Source: Heptranchias perlo (lineage: Eukaryota). Taken from it: DNA of 64,000 bases. The notes beneath the pieces are model-generated. The model did no database searches. It worked only from the letters and a program-made list of their open reading frames with translations, and had not been told where the DNA came from. Location: the NCBI RefSeq assembly GCF_035084215.1, contig NC_090345.1, positions 13,206,001 through 13,270,000 on the forward strand, read 5' to 3'. Below are positions 11,700 to 23,811 of this stretch, piece by piece. The position numbers were made by a program, and so were the translations under genes. Each line of letters opens with the position of its first letter. The stretch's first letter is position 1.

Positions 11700-12630
11700 A
11701 TAAATATATACATACACATAATTTGGACTTTGGTCTAGGGAGCACAAGATTGAAATTTGCTGATACAAAATTTGGGGTTTAGCAAACAGTGAGGAGGATT
11801 GTACAAGAGTTCAGGAGAATAGAAACAAGTTAACAGAATGGGCAGATGCAATTTAATGTGGAGAAGTGTGAGCAGATGCATTTTTGGAGGAAAAACAAAG
11901 AATGAGAGTACACACTCAATGCTGAAGTACGTGGAAGAACTAAGAGATGGAAGGGTGCATGTAGATAATCCCCCAAGCGCAAGTAGATAAAGACATAAAA
12001 AAGCCAATAGTATTTTGAGTTTTACATAAAGATGCAAGAGTACAACAATAAAGAGTTTATGATGAACTTGTACAAGACAATGATTATTCGGCTAACTTTG
12101 TGCATTTTTGGGCACCCCATTTTTGAACGGATATTAATGTCATGGATAGCCTACAGCGTAGCTTAACCAGGATGATACCAGGGATGTGAAGCTATTATTA
12201 TGAGGAGAAACTTGAGATACTGGGACTATTTCCACTAAAACAGAGAAAGCCAAGAGGAGATTTCAGAGAGGAATTTAAAACTGTGAAGTGGTTTGATAAG
12301 GTGAATAGGGAAAGATTATTTCCTTTGGTTGAGGAGTCAGTGACGATGGTAAAATTGTCACTAAGAGTGTGAGGAGAGGATAGGAGAAATTTATTTATGC
12401 AGAAAGTTATTAGAGCATGGAATGCTTTGCCATTGGGGAATAAGGAGGCAGAGACCTTTGCATCTTTTAAGGAAGAGTAAATAAGCATTTGAAACGGAGC
12501 AAAGATATCGGGCTATGGGGAGAATGAAAAGAGGTGGGATTAGTTTTGAATTACTATAACAAAGAGCCAGCAAAGCCATAATGAACCAAATCACCTCCTT
12601 CTGCGCTGCAAACTTCTGTGGTTCTCTTGT
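11700..12630 (+). mobile_element. Old, highly decayed CR1 LINE 3' portion
   Basis: Residual ADTK, WAPHF, REKLFPLV and WNALP-type motifs and a CR1 3' UTR, with many stops. Confidence 0.8.
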
Positions 12631-13132
12631 TCCCGTGTTCTCAATGGCATTGAACTCCATTTATTAACCTACCTTTCTCTTTCAGGCAAACCTGCTATGT
12701 ATTTCCATCATTTTCTGTTGTTATTTACAATTCTGACAGTAGTAGCCCTAAGTAGAAAAATTGTAATGATTGCTTCCGTAACTTCATGGCCCACGGTCTT
12801 TGTGGGCACTGGTTTTGGCAGGAGGTGCAGAGAAAACGTCTTGTGTTGTTGACAAGAAGGATCAACTTGCCGTCATTTCCACTAGTGTCCTAAGAATGTT
12901 GCAATATGATGATCTCATCTCAAGTCTTTAAAAAGCCATGTATCGGATTAAGATATCAGATACCCTATGCAAAAGTCCCAGTGTCTTGAAAATTCTGGAA
13001 CAAAATGGCGGTGGGGGGAGTGTCATGCTTGTCTTTAGGAAAGTTGCAAAAGGTTCAGTCGTGTCAATTTTTAATCTTTCTTTTGAAGTCAAAACTTCAT
13101 TGCACTGTTGAACAAGTAGTTCTTAAAATAAT

Positions 13133-13752
13133 TATGGAATCATAGAATCATAGAAAGGTTACAGCACGGAAGGAGGCCATTTGGCCCATCGAGTCCACAC
13201 CAGCTCTATGTAAGAGCAATCCAGCTAGCCCCACTCCCCCGCCCTATCCCCGTGGCCCTGCAATTTTTTTCCTTTCAAGTACTTATCCAGTTCCCTTTTG
13301 AAGGCCATGATTGAATCTGCCTCCACCGCCACCTCGGGCAGTGCATTCCAGATCCAAGCCACTCGCTGTGTAAAAAAGTTTTTCCTCATGTCACCTTTGG
13401 TTCTTCTGTCAATCACCTTAAATCTGTGTCCTCTGATTCTTGAGCACTTCCACCAATGGGAACAGTTTCTCTCTGTCTACTCTGTCTAGATCCTTCATAA
13501 TTTTGAATAACTCAATCAAATCTCCTCGCAACCTTTTCTGTTCCAAGGAGAACAATCCCAGCTTCTCCATTTTACCTACGTAACTAAAGTCCCTCATCCC
13601 TGGAATTAGTCTAGTAAATCTCTTCTGCACTCTCTCTAAGGCCTTCACATCTTTCCTGAAGTGCGGTGCCCAGAACTGGACACAATACTCCAGTTGTGGT
13701 CGAACCAGTGTTTTATGAAGGTTCATCATGACTTCCATGCATTTGTACTCTA
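13133..13752 (-). mobile_element. CR1 LINE 3' fragment with (TTCTATGA)n tail
   Basis: ORFs 13418-13783 and 13225-13416 encode LVRPQLEYCVQFWAPH and FFTQRV..WNALP. Confidence 0.92.
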
Positions 13753-15261
13753 ATATAATATGAAACAGGTAATTGGCAACCATGCATGATTACAAGATCT
13801 TATAATGACATAAACCGTAAGAGCAAAGCTGAAGAGTTTCACGACTGTCATCTGAACCATTTGACTACGTTACTGCTTCATAATTGTCACTGAGTGGCTT
13901 CTTCTTTTAAAAAAAATAATATGAATTGTGGTGTTTAACAAGATAGTTTTATTACATTTTGACTTCTTTTAACCCCCCGCCCCCAGTAACAACTAGGATA
14001 TTCGCTGCAAATGATCTGTGATAGCTCCAAACCGAAGGTTTAACCACTGTGATGAAATTGCCATATATATATAATATAACAGTCTTAAACAGACTTGGGT
14101 TTATGGATATCCATTTTCTGATTATCCCAAGTATATGGCCGCAAGTGATAATTTCACACCCAAAAGCATTATTTTACATGAGCGAAAGAAGAAAGCAATC
14201 ATTCAGAAGCATGTGGTTTCTTCCCCTTATGTGGCTCGTACCACTGAAAGTGAAATTTGTGGTTCAAAGAGAATAAACGGAACAATTCCACTGAGATCAC
14301 TGAAACAGATTTCTTGCAGTCATGCCAATTTCTCCTTTACTGACCACAAATCATTGGCATTCTAGCTGTCGAATTTTATGATGTGGGCGCTTTTATCAGA
14401 GTTACAGGACAGAATCAGACAGGTGAACCTGTTAAATAGAAGATGAGTAGCCCTATTACCATTTTTACTAATGCTAACTATTCACTGTTCATCTAAGCGT
14501 GTCCATTTAACACCTCATTATTCATTTTTAATCACCGTGTAGATCATCTAATGTTGGAGTTATATTACAGTGGTGTTGTAATCTATAATCTAGACTATAC
14601 TCTTAAATGCATACTCAAATTAACAGTGTATAAAATGTCAGTAAAATAGACACACACTTAAAGGTGTCATATCATCAGTTTACTTGTATGCAGAATGGAA
14701 TCTCCTGGCTGTAAACAGGAGTGAAGTACTTTAAATTGAGTTGTTTGAAACTCTTGAATTTATTCATATTGAATAGAGTGCAGACCGGTTTCTCTTAACT
14801 GTGTAAGAAATTGACGCCCTGACAACATGGCATCTCTAATGCACTCTTCACAAGTATCGATGAAAGATACTGAAAATCCAAAGGAAAAGCTTAAGGGGGG
14901 TGGTTAAGCTATGCGTTGCTATATACGAAGGCAACATAAGATGCATGTATTCCTTTCTTTAGGTTTAAAATAGATCAAACCAGCAAAACATTTATTTATG
15001 TTGACTTGCCTCAACCAAGTATTTTTAAGTGCCCAATATCTTCAAGATGGTATTAAATTATTCTACTCTACTCTGTAGAATAATTTAAATCTATTCTATT
15101 CTACAGCCTCAGAATTACAATCCCCTACTGCACCATTGTAAACTTTCCAATTTTTCATAGGATCCATCCTATGGTCTGAGTGAGATTATCAATTTAGTGT
15201 CAAATTATGGACTGTAGGCTCACACTCACAGTGACTGGTTTTGGAATGCTCCAACTCTTTC

Positions 15262-15563
15262 AAGTAGGACCTGGGAGAAAATAAATGTGTTTGTTTTTTC
15301 TTTTTTTTGGAACAATTTTATTAGTTATAAAAATATTGGAGATAGGAAAAAGGTTGTTTGATTGACAGTCAAGAATCATCCAACAGTTAACAATGAGTCT
15401 GTTCACTTTCCAGTTGATGTGGGAAGGCATTGCATCGCAAGGTTGGACATGTTGGGCAACCAATGACAGGAGCGTGGGGAGTGGGGTGGGGGGGGGGGGT
15501 TGGAGGCAGGAGATCATGTGATGAAACTTCCATGGATATGTCCAACCAGAGTTGGCAATCCTA
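15262..15563 (+). mobile_element. hAT-type MITE, 5'-truncated
   Basis: Colinear with 51424-51796 and ends GTTGGCAATCCTA. Confidence 0.75.
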
Positions 15564-17199
15564 TATGTAGCAGATTGAGCACATCCAAAGCAAGGGGTAC
15601 TGTTTCTTTAAAATAATTTACTTCCTCCCCAACAGCTTAACCTAACACAAATGTTTGTCTACCATCCATAAGGTTACTGACCACACAGGTGTTTATATTT
15701 TGCACTGAATTAAAGCACTGTTAAGTGCGATAGCTGCAGCACAGGGGTCCAGATTTGTGCTTGTCATCACAGGGAATTGAGAAGCCAGCCATAAATCTGT
15801 ATCTCGCTCCTCTGACCCCTCCTCAACTTAGCACTGCCCTTCTGTTGGCCGTATCTATACATACTGTTTTTGGCAAAGTCAGGGGACACCCAATTTAGAC
15901 ATTCTAAACCGGGCTTGTCAGCTTCCCATATAATCATTAGAGACAGTTCAGAGATAGGTTCAGTGTTTGTGTGGCACTGTAGCTGTTAATGGGGGTACTC
16001 AGACTTCCCTAAGCTACTACTTTACAGTGTCTCCACTTCACACCACAATATTTGTTTGATGTAGAAGTATATTTGAATTACCTAAACCCCAGATATTCAA
16101 TCCAGCATTACTAATTACATAAGATGTATTCGTATCACATGATCGCAATTTGCTGCCATTGGCAAATTTCTGTGATGATGATCTTATAGGCTGGAGATGA
16201 CTTCATGATATTAGTGGACTAATGTTAAAATAGTGGACTGAGGGACATCTTATGAATGCATTTGCATTCATCGTTAACAACATCCAACAATAATTTCTAG
16301 CTTTATTTAACTCTTAAGCTTATTAAATCCTAATGGTGGGGAAGTACCTTCTGAAGTTCACTCTCATATGTTAAAATGCAGATTAGAACATAGCTGATTC
16401 AAGCATAGAATTCTAATTGAACAAGCCAAGTCCCCTTTTTTTCTCCTTGTATAGATTGCCTAACCTAAGCACTGCCTTTAAGGACTATTTTTGGGTTGAG
16501 AGATAGACCGTTCTTCACATTTACTGAAATGAACAAGGACCTCCCCCCTCCCTCCTACCTCCCCTCCCATCCTACCCTACACCATTATCCTGCTAAATTA
16601 CAATCTGATATATAAGACCTATATTGACATATTTAAATTGACCGCTGGCAGTATTCAGGCTTGTATACACCCAAACTAATGAATAATACCAGAGGGCAAG
16701 GTTAATGGTGACACACAGGTCAACAGGTAATTAGTGAGGACAAAATTCCAGATTGTAGAGGGTGGGTGGGGGACTTTTAAAAGTGATACTTAGTGGCCAA
16801 AGGAATATTAAAAAGAACTCATAACCACGCTAAACATTGATTACAAAATCAGCAGGAGGTAGAAATTACCCCAAACCTAATATATATATAAACGTTAACT
16901 TAACCTAAACTCTAGAGAGATTGTCACATGTACCTACCTAGTTACATAGAGCACAGAAACAGGCCATTCAGCCCTACTTACTGGTCTATGCAGGCATTTA
17001 TGCTCCATACTAGCCTCCTCCCACCCATCTTCATCTAATCTTGTATACTGAGACATGTATAAACTCAATAACTCGCAGTTACTTGATTAAAATAGTCTGT
17101 TTTGACCATAAGTCACTGGTACGTCTACTTTTGGAATATTTTGTGTAGTTTTGCGATTATTGTACTTGTAAAAGGACAGTGATACGTTGACGAGCAGGA

Positions 17200-17362
17200 A
17201 GAAGCTAGATAAGCACACAAAGGCCGAAGGATTAGAAGGGTATGCTGATAGGGTAGATGAAGTAGGGAGGGAGGAGGCTCGTGTGGAGCATTAACACCGG
17301 AATAGACCAGTTGTGCTGAATGGCCTGTTCCTGTGCTGCAGACTCAATGTAACTCAATGTAA
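17200..17362 (+). mobile_element. CR1 3' end with (AACTCAATGT)n tail
   Basis: Same 3' UTR family as 5480-5635. Confidence 0.85.
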
Positions 17363-17786
17363 GAATAGGAACATAGGAACGTAGGAACAGGAGTAGGCCA
17401 TTCAGCCCCTCGTGCCTGCTCCACCATTTGATAAGATCATGGCTGACCTGTGATCTAACTCCATATACCTGCCTTTGGCCCATATCCCTTAATACCTTTG
17501 GTTGCCAAAAAGCTATCTATCTCAGATTTAAATTTAGCAATTGAGCTAGTATCAATTGCCGTTTGTGGAAGAGAGTTCCAAACTTCTACCACCCTTTGTG
17601 TGTAGAAATGTTTTCTAATGTCACTCCTGAAAGGTCTGGCTTTAATTTTTAGACTGTGCCCCCTACTCCTAAAATCCCCAACCAGCGGAAATAGTTTCTC
17701 TCTATCCACTCTATCTGTTCCCCTTAATATCTTACAAACTTTGATCAGATCACCCCTTAACCTTCGAAACTCTAGAGAATATAACC
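17363..17786 (-). mobile_element. Young CR1 3' end, same subfamily as the full-length copy at 42791-47147
   Basis: The ORF 17455-17811 protein is nearly identical to the C-terminus of ORF 46465-47064, with a (GTTCCTAT)n tail. Confidence 0.95.
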
Positions 17787-18504
17787 CCAAAACCCAAACT
17801 CTAAAGTTCAAAAAAGACCTGAAGAGAGGTTGACAAATTTGAAACAGCCCTCACTTGAAAAAAGATTGAAAAGGACATGATCCTGATCTTTAAATGTTAA
17901 AATTTATGGGTATGTAGAAGCAAGCAGAACATTTTATTTAACTTGTGACCACAAACCTGGATGATGTACATACAAAATCCTTAAACAAGACCAGAGTTTG
18001 GAAATGTTTTCTTTCTTGTAGTCGCAGACACATGGCACAAACTCCCCGCAAAAGTAATTGTTGCTGTGTTGACTAACTCTTTTAAAAAGGAGCCGCATAA
18101 ATATTTAGTTAACAAATGGGCTGAAGTTGAAAAAGATAATTACAGACGCAGGTAACCAGTGGAAAATAAAATGTTTCCCGTTCTGTTAGGGCCAGGGAGG
18201 CATCATCTGTGGGATTTAATTGATAACTGCAGATTGCAATGTTCGATTGATATCCTGCAGCTTAAGCTTCATTCCATTTGGGGTTCAGAAAGAAACAAAA
18301 TACAGAACTTTACTTTCTCTGAGGTTTTACCTGTTGCTATTCACATTCTTCAGGAAATTAAATAAAATAGGAAGAGCCCACACGGTGCAGTTTGTTCATG
18401 GTATGTTGGGAGGATGGAGTTAAATGGCCTTTTTTATTCCATGCATTCTTACGTTCTTAATGTAGTTTCCTTTGTCTAAACAGATATATAGAACCTCAAT
18501 GAGA

Positions 18505-18805
18505 CATCCACAGTCTCAGGATACGGGGTAGGACATTTAGGACTGAGATGAGGAGAAATTTCTTCACTCAGAGGGTGGTGAACCTGTGGAATTCTCTACC
18601 ACAGAAGGCTGTGGAGGCCAAGTCACTAAATATATTTAAGAAGGAGCTAGATAGATTTCTAGACACAAAAGGCATCAAGGGGTATTGGGGAGAGAGCGGG
18701 AATATGGTATTGAGATAGAGGATCATCCATGATCATATTGAATGGCGGAGCAGGCTCGAAGGGCCGAATGGCCTACTCCTGCTCCTATTTTCTATGTTTC
18801 TATGT
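18505..18805 (+). mobile_element. CR1 3' fragment with (TTTCTATG)n tail
   Basis: Encodes RRNFFTQRVVNLWNSLP, followed by GGGCCGAATGGCCTACTCC. Confidence 0.9.
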
Positions 18806-19818
18806 TAACCATCTTCTGCCTCCAGATGTATGTGTTTACTATAAGGAGTCCGTTGTTAAAACTTTAGCATCACTTGGTAAGGTGAGGCCAGATACAAATT
18901 GTTAAACTGCTTTATTTCACAAGTGAACATACAGAGTAACAGTTAAAGCAAGTTCAACTTACTTAGCTCAATCTTACTTCTTTCCTTGAAAGTATGGGGA
19001 AAAATAATAAGCATGCAGACTTACTTGTGTTTTAGCCTTACATTTCTTTCAGACTGCTTCTAACTGAAAAAAAATGATCACTTGTATTTTTAGCTTCCAG
19101 CTCTGGGTTGTATCTCATAGTCCTCTGTTCAAATCCTGATGTCCCTCTGTCCCTTTTCATTCCCTGGTCATTCTGGCTAATGGGCCTGGGATGATACAAT
19201 AGATCCTTGTTGATCCTTGTTTGAAATAGTTGTGACATCTTATAAAATAGCTCTTAACACACATTCTTCAATGCCTGCAGCCTGTGGCCTTTTAAACCTG
19301 TGCCAATCTAATTTGTTTTAAAACACAACCTTTAAGCCCAACGGGGGGAAATTGGGCCGTGTAGCACCCATTTTGTAGGCGCAATGTGGACACCTAAGCC
19401 CTGAAAATGGTGTCCGAGGTGCGCTTGCACACTTCCGACATGAAGTCTTGGTAAAGGGGTTTGCGCGCGCGCTCCTAACGAACGCCGGCAGCATGTAGAG
19501 TATGATGCGAATCAGTGAGCAACGCTGATTTGGAGCAGCCGGAGACATTTTGGAACTCCACGCTCCAGCCAACGCCCTGTCTTAACCTCACACAGCTGAA
19601 CAGGACTTAAATGGCATGAAGGACCCCAGACCACCGCTATTTAAAGGGATAATGCAGGAGTTACCGGTGAGTTGCTGGATTATTTGTTCTGGCTGCTGGT
19701 GCAATTGTACATGTTTTTGGAAGTTTCCTATACTTGGCTAAAGTTGCAATATTCTATAGAATGGTCTGTTGGTTTTGCAGTACTGTTAGTGGCATTTAAA
19801 ATAGTGTGCTGATAAAAG

Positions 19819-20973
19819 TTGATTCCAGATATAGGTGGCCTGGTAAGGCTTCCTCAGGGAATTGAACATGACTGGGAGAATGAAGAGAGGCCACGCAGAG
19901 CAGGACAAGCTGCTAGAAGAGGGAGGAAAAGGAGAAGGTGGAGGAGCAGGGTACTGAGCAGGAGGCCATATCCAAGGAGGGTCTTCAGGGACCAATTCTC
20001 TTACCTCAACTTCAGCGATGACTAGTGCATCTGACGGCTGCGGTTCACTAAAGAGGTCATGATTGAAATGCTGCAGCCACAACTGCAACCTCAGAGCAGG
20101 GCAAGGGCAGCATTGCCTGTGGCTGTCAAGGTAACCATGGTGCTTAATTTTCACGGCTCTGGCTCCTTTCAGTCTGCTGCTGGAGATATAAGCAACATCT
20201 CGCAGTTTGCAGTGCACTGCTGTATAAGGGAGGTCACTGAGGCTCTGTACGAACTCAGAAACAAATTCATCTCATTCCCCCTTGCCAGAGACAAGCAGCA
20301 TGAGCGAACACGAGGGTTTGCTCACATTGCAGGCTTCCCCATGGTTCAGGGTGCCATTGACTGTATGCATATTGGATATGTGCTCCACATCTGTTCTCGG
20401 CCATATTCTTGAAGAGAAAGGGATTCCACTCCCTCAATATGCAGCTGGTGTGCGACCACATACAGCGCATCATGCAGGTCAATGCCCACTATCTTGGTAG
20501 CAGTCACGATTCCATCATCCTGTGGCAATCCTCCGTGTCACCTATATTTCAACCAGCACAGCAAGTCAAAGGCTGACTACTGGGCGACAAAGGTTATCCC
20601 CTCATGAAATGGTCCAGTCCAGAACCCACGCACATGAGCACAGCAGGCCTACAACGAGAGCCATGCTGCTACACGGAACATCAACGAGCACATCATAGGC
20701 ATCTTCAAGCAACGTTTCCGCTGCATGGACTGCTCTGGAGGACCCCTGCAGTACTCAGCTGGGCAAGTATTAAGATTTGTCTTTGTATGCTGCATGCTGC
20801 ACAACCTCGCCATTATGAGGGAACTGCCCTTACCATCATCTATCAGGCAAGAGCCGGAGCAACAGGAAGAGACAGAGGAGGAGGAGGAGGAGGAAGTGCA
20901 GCAGGAAGTGGAGGAAGAGGCAGGGAGTCTACGAGGTAGACAGGCCCTGTCTGCCAAGACTCTGCGTGATTAG
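19819..20973 (+). pseudogene. Harbinger DDE transposase (HARBI1-like), with stops and frameshifts
   Basis: Motifs SGSFQ..GDISNISQ, AGFPMVQGAIDCMHI, RKGFHSLNMQLVCD, GSSHDS, LLGDKGYP, LQYS..CCMLHNLA and an acidic tail are split over several frames. Confidence 0.92.
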
Positions 20974-21230
20974 ATTATTAATGAGTGATACCAGTAACCT
21001 CAACGACACCTCCCCATTCACCAATAGTCCCACACTCCTTACCTTTCCTCTCCCACTTGACCATCAAATCATCCTCCTTATGATTGCACATTGCTACCTC
21101 CCTCAGTTCATCGCAGAAATAAAACCCACCACCAAATGCAAATTCAAATTCACATTTATAAATGAACACATGAAATTATGCAAACAAAATGAGACTATTC
21201 ACCATTGTGCATTCCCTTAGTGCCTGTCGT

Positions 21231-23086
21231 TCATGTGCCTTTATCTTTCCTAGTGCTTCTACGAGGTGCATCCCCAGTGGCTGGAGCTTGGGCAGTGGAA
21301 GGCTGCTGAGCTTCAATTGAGGAGCGTGCAGATGGCCTTGGAGGACGACTTCGAGCTGCTCTGGGCTGAGAGGGCCCGGCTTCAGACTGCACCATCTCTG
21401 CCTGGGCTGCAGCAGTCTGGCCTGGCTGGCTGACAGGCAACAGCAAGGGCACTGGTGGCGTGGCAGGGGTGGGAGCAGGAATGGTGTCATCTTGAGAGAG
21501 GGCAGCAGGTTCGTCTTCCATTGTGCCACTGCCACTCTCCTGGGGCGGAACTCAGCAATTCTGGTGATCTGCTGGATAACAAGATTGCTGTGTCGCCCTG
21601 AAAGCCTTTCAACGGTGGTACCCAGAGCCACGATAGCAGCAATCTGAGCCTGTAAGGCAGCAATCTGAGCCTGTAATGCAGCAATCTGAGCTTGTAAGGC
21701 AGCAGTCTGAGCTCCAAATGCAGCAGTCAGACCTTTGACGGCAGATGTTTGTGCTGCAAAGGAAGCTGTGACATTGGTCATCAGACGTTGTATGATGGTG
21801 GGTTCCACAGGTGTGCTGATGGAGGTGACCACCCCTTCCATGTGGGAAAGAATGGGCTCCAAGCTCTGAGCAAAGCCGTGTGCCAATTTCAAGGTGGACT
21901 CCTCCACCTTCCTTGACATTGTGCGCAGGCTTTCCAGTGCACCAAGCATTTGGTGGTGTACACCCATCAGCCTTCTTCTGTAGCCAGGATCATCAAAGTC
22001 ATCATCTGACTCCTCCGCAGCAGAACCAGTGAGCGACCTCGCCCTCCGGCAAGCTGGCACCTGTGGTATCCGTTCCTCCTGCCCCGGCTCCTGCGCACTT
22101 GTGCTCGATGTCTCACCACGTGCAGATCCCTCCTCTATCCTAGCCTTTAAACTAAGCGCAGTGTCAGCCTCTGAGCTGGTGGCTGCGGGTGTCCGATCAA
22201 GTGACGGTATGTCTTCATCATCAATGTCGTCTTTCTCTGACTGGGCAGGTTCCAGTTCTTGAGTATTTGAAATGACAAAGGGACACGGGTTGAGTTTATG
22301 GTAAGGGGGGAGGAGAAAGTAATACATGCTGACACCATCTGCAGCACATGAGTCAGAAAAGATTGTGGGATGAGGGAAAGGTGGGAAGTGAGAAGGAGGA
22401 TTAGGTATGCAGAGACCCTACTTCCAGCGCTGCCAGTGGGCACAGCCTCAGCAATTGCCGTTCCAATGATGGCCCGTACTGCCTCCTCCAAGGGGGCTAG
22501 GACATGTAAGCGCGCCTGTCCTTCCTCCAGTTCTTTCTTGCTGCCTACTGTTATGCACCACCTTCTCCTGCAAGAAAGAAAGAAGTGTGTCAGTGAGTGT
22601 CCTGCAAGGTGTTTGGGTGATGTGGCTGTCATAGTTGAATAGCTGCCAGTGTGTGTGACCTGTGAGATGTGGGTGTGTGGCTTGCAAGAGTGGTAATGTG
22701 TGAGGGTGAGATGAAACATTTGATTTGAAGAGTTGCAAACTGATTGAAAGAGTTTGTTGGTAGGTAGGTGATGGAGGGTGTAGTACATTGAGCAGTGGAT
22801 GAGGCTAGTGGTGCAGTTGGTAGGAGATGCTATTTGACAGTTGAACTCGCTTACCTTGACCATTCGTATCAAATCATTGAACTTCTTCCTGCACTACATC
22901 CATATTCTTGCACCTGGCATTGACCTCGTCCATCACTTCCTCCCACTGCGTCTTGAACATATGTCTGGAGGGCGTCTTGCCCCCCTGTGGATATAGGATG
23001 GCCCTCCTTCTGTCCACCTCTTCACCCAAGGCCTCTAATACATCATCCGAGAATCTTGGTGCAGGCTCTCTCACAGGCGCAGCCAT
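21231..23086 (-). pseudogene. Harbinger Myb/SANT-like DNA-binding accessory protein, about 3 exons, decayed
   Basis: Exon 1 23086-22855 (PAPRFSDDVLEAL..W..V...VN..CRKKFNDL) with donor GTAAGC. Exon 2 starts at 22567 after TTCTTTCTTGCAG (EKVVHNSRQQERTGG). A long acidic/coiled-coil last exon runs from about 22265 to 21231. Confidence 0.82.
21638..21712 (-). repeat. 21-bp tandem repeat (about 3.5 copies) encoding AQIAALQ heptads
   Basis: CAGCAATCTGAGCCTGTAAGG repeated, visible as AALQAQIAALQAQIAALQAQIAA in ORF 21176-22327. Confidence 0.85.
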
Positions 23087-23492
23087 TCTTCAATATATTG
23101 CAGCATAGATTCACTTTACAATTGACTTCCACCTCTTCCTGCAGCCACAGTGCACCTCCCCTTTAAGAGGTGCAGGCTGCCTTTAAGTAGTGCTAGCCAC
23201 TCTCAATGTCGGGGCCCCCTGCTGGTGCATGCAGCCAATCAACAGGGCAGGTAGTGTTGGCTGCAGGCAGCAATCATTTAAATCATCACGCAGCAGGAAT
23301 GTTACCTGCTGCCTGCATCGCAACCAACAGGCGTGGGTTTATAGTGCACTGCGATCCCAGCGCCCGTTTTCGGTGGTTCTCCAATATAACCCCCAACATA
23401 AGAAAAAAAAGCTCAAAAATCCCAAAATGTGACAGATCAAATTCAAGAACCTGATTGATCTTTCAGTGCTTCCTCTGTATGGTGGTTGGGTC

Positions 23493-23809
23493 TTTTTTTT
23501 TTATTCGTTCATGTGATGTGGGTGTCGCTGGCAAGGCCAGTATTTATTGCCCATCCCGAATTGCCCTTGAGAAGGTGGTGGTGAGCCGCCTTCTTGAACC
23601 GCTGCAGTCCGTGTGGTGAAGGTTCCCCCACAGTGCTGTTAGGTAGGGAGCTCCAGGATTTTGATCCAGCGACAATGAACGGCCATATATTTCCAAGTTG
23701 GGATGGTGTGTGACTTGGAGGGGAACGTGCAGGTGGTGGTGTTCCCATGCGCCTGCTGCCCTTGTCCTTCTAGGTGGTACAACAGGATGCACTGCAGCAA
23801 CTTGTCAAG
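23493..23809 (-). mobile_element. CR1-Zenon-type LINE 3' fragment with short inverted 5' segment
   Basis: 23493-23779 is antisense to 38838-39129, and 23782-23809 matches 38775-38802 in sense. Confidence 0.88.
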
Positions 23810-23811
23810 CT

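Larger units (their letters stand above)
17080..18460 (+). mobile_element. Ancient CR1 LINE interrupted by two younger CR1 3' ends
   Basis: Decayed KSLVRxLLEY (17110-17150) resumes after 17790 with WHKLP..SFKKE, and a tail lies near 18420-18460. Confidence 0.6.
19343..23394 (+). mobile_element. PIF/Harbinger DNA transposon, full boundaries, both genes decayed
   Basis: AAC is duplicated at 19340-19342 and 23395-23397. Imperfect termini GGGGGGAAATTGG / CCAATATAACCCCC enclose convergent DDE transposase and Myb/SANT genes. Confidence 0.9.

Noticed and set aside
14340-14450. Minus-strand splice acceptor CTTCTATTTAACAG/G suggesting a host exon
   Set aside because: All three frames hit stops within about 70 nt and I found no clear donor. 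A UTR exon cannot be excluded.
18854-19259. Third solo LTR (TGTTAA...TTAACA, minus-strand AATAAA)
   Set aside because: No matching target duplication (CCGT vs CACA) and no second copy, so it is left unannotated.
19819-23086. Host genes HARBI1 / NAIF1
   Set aside because: Multiple stops and frameshifts, paired convergent arrangement, TIRs and a TSD indicate a transposon copy, not the domesticated genes.
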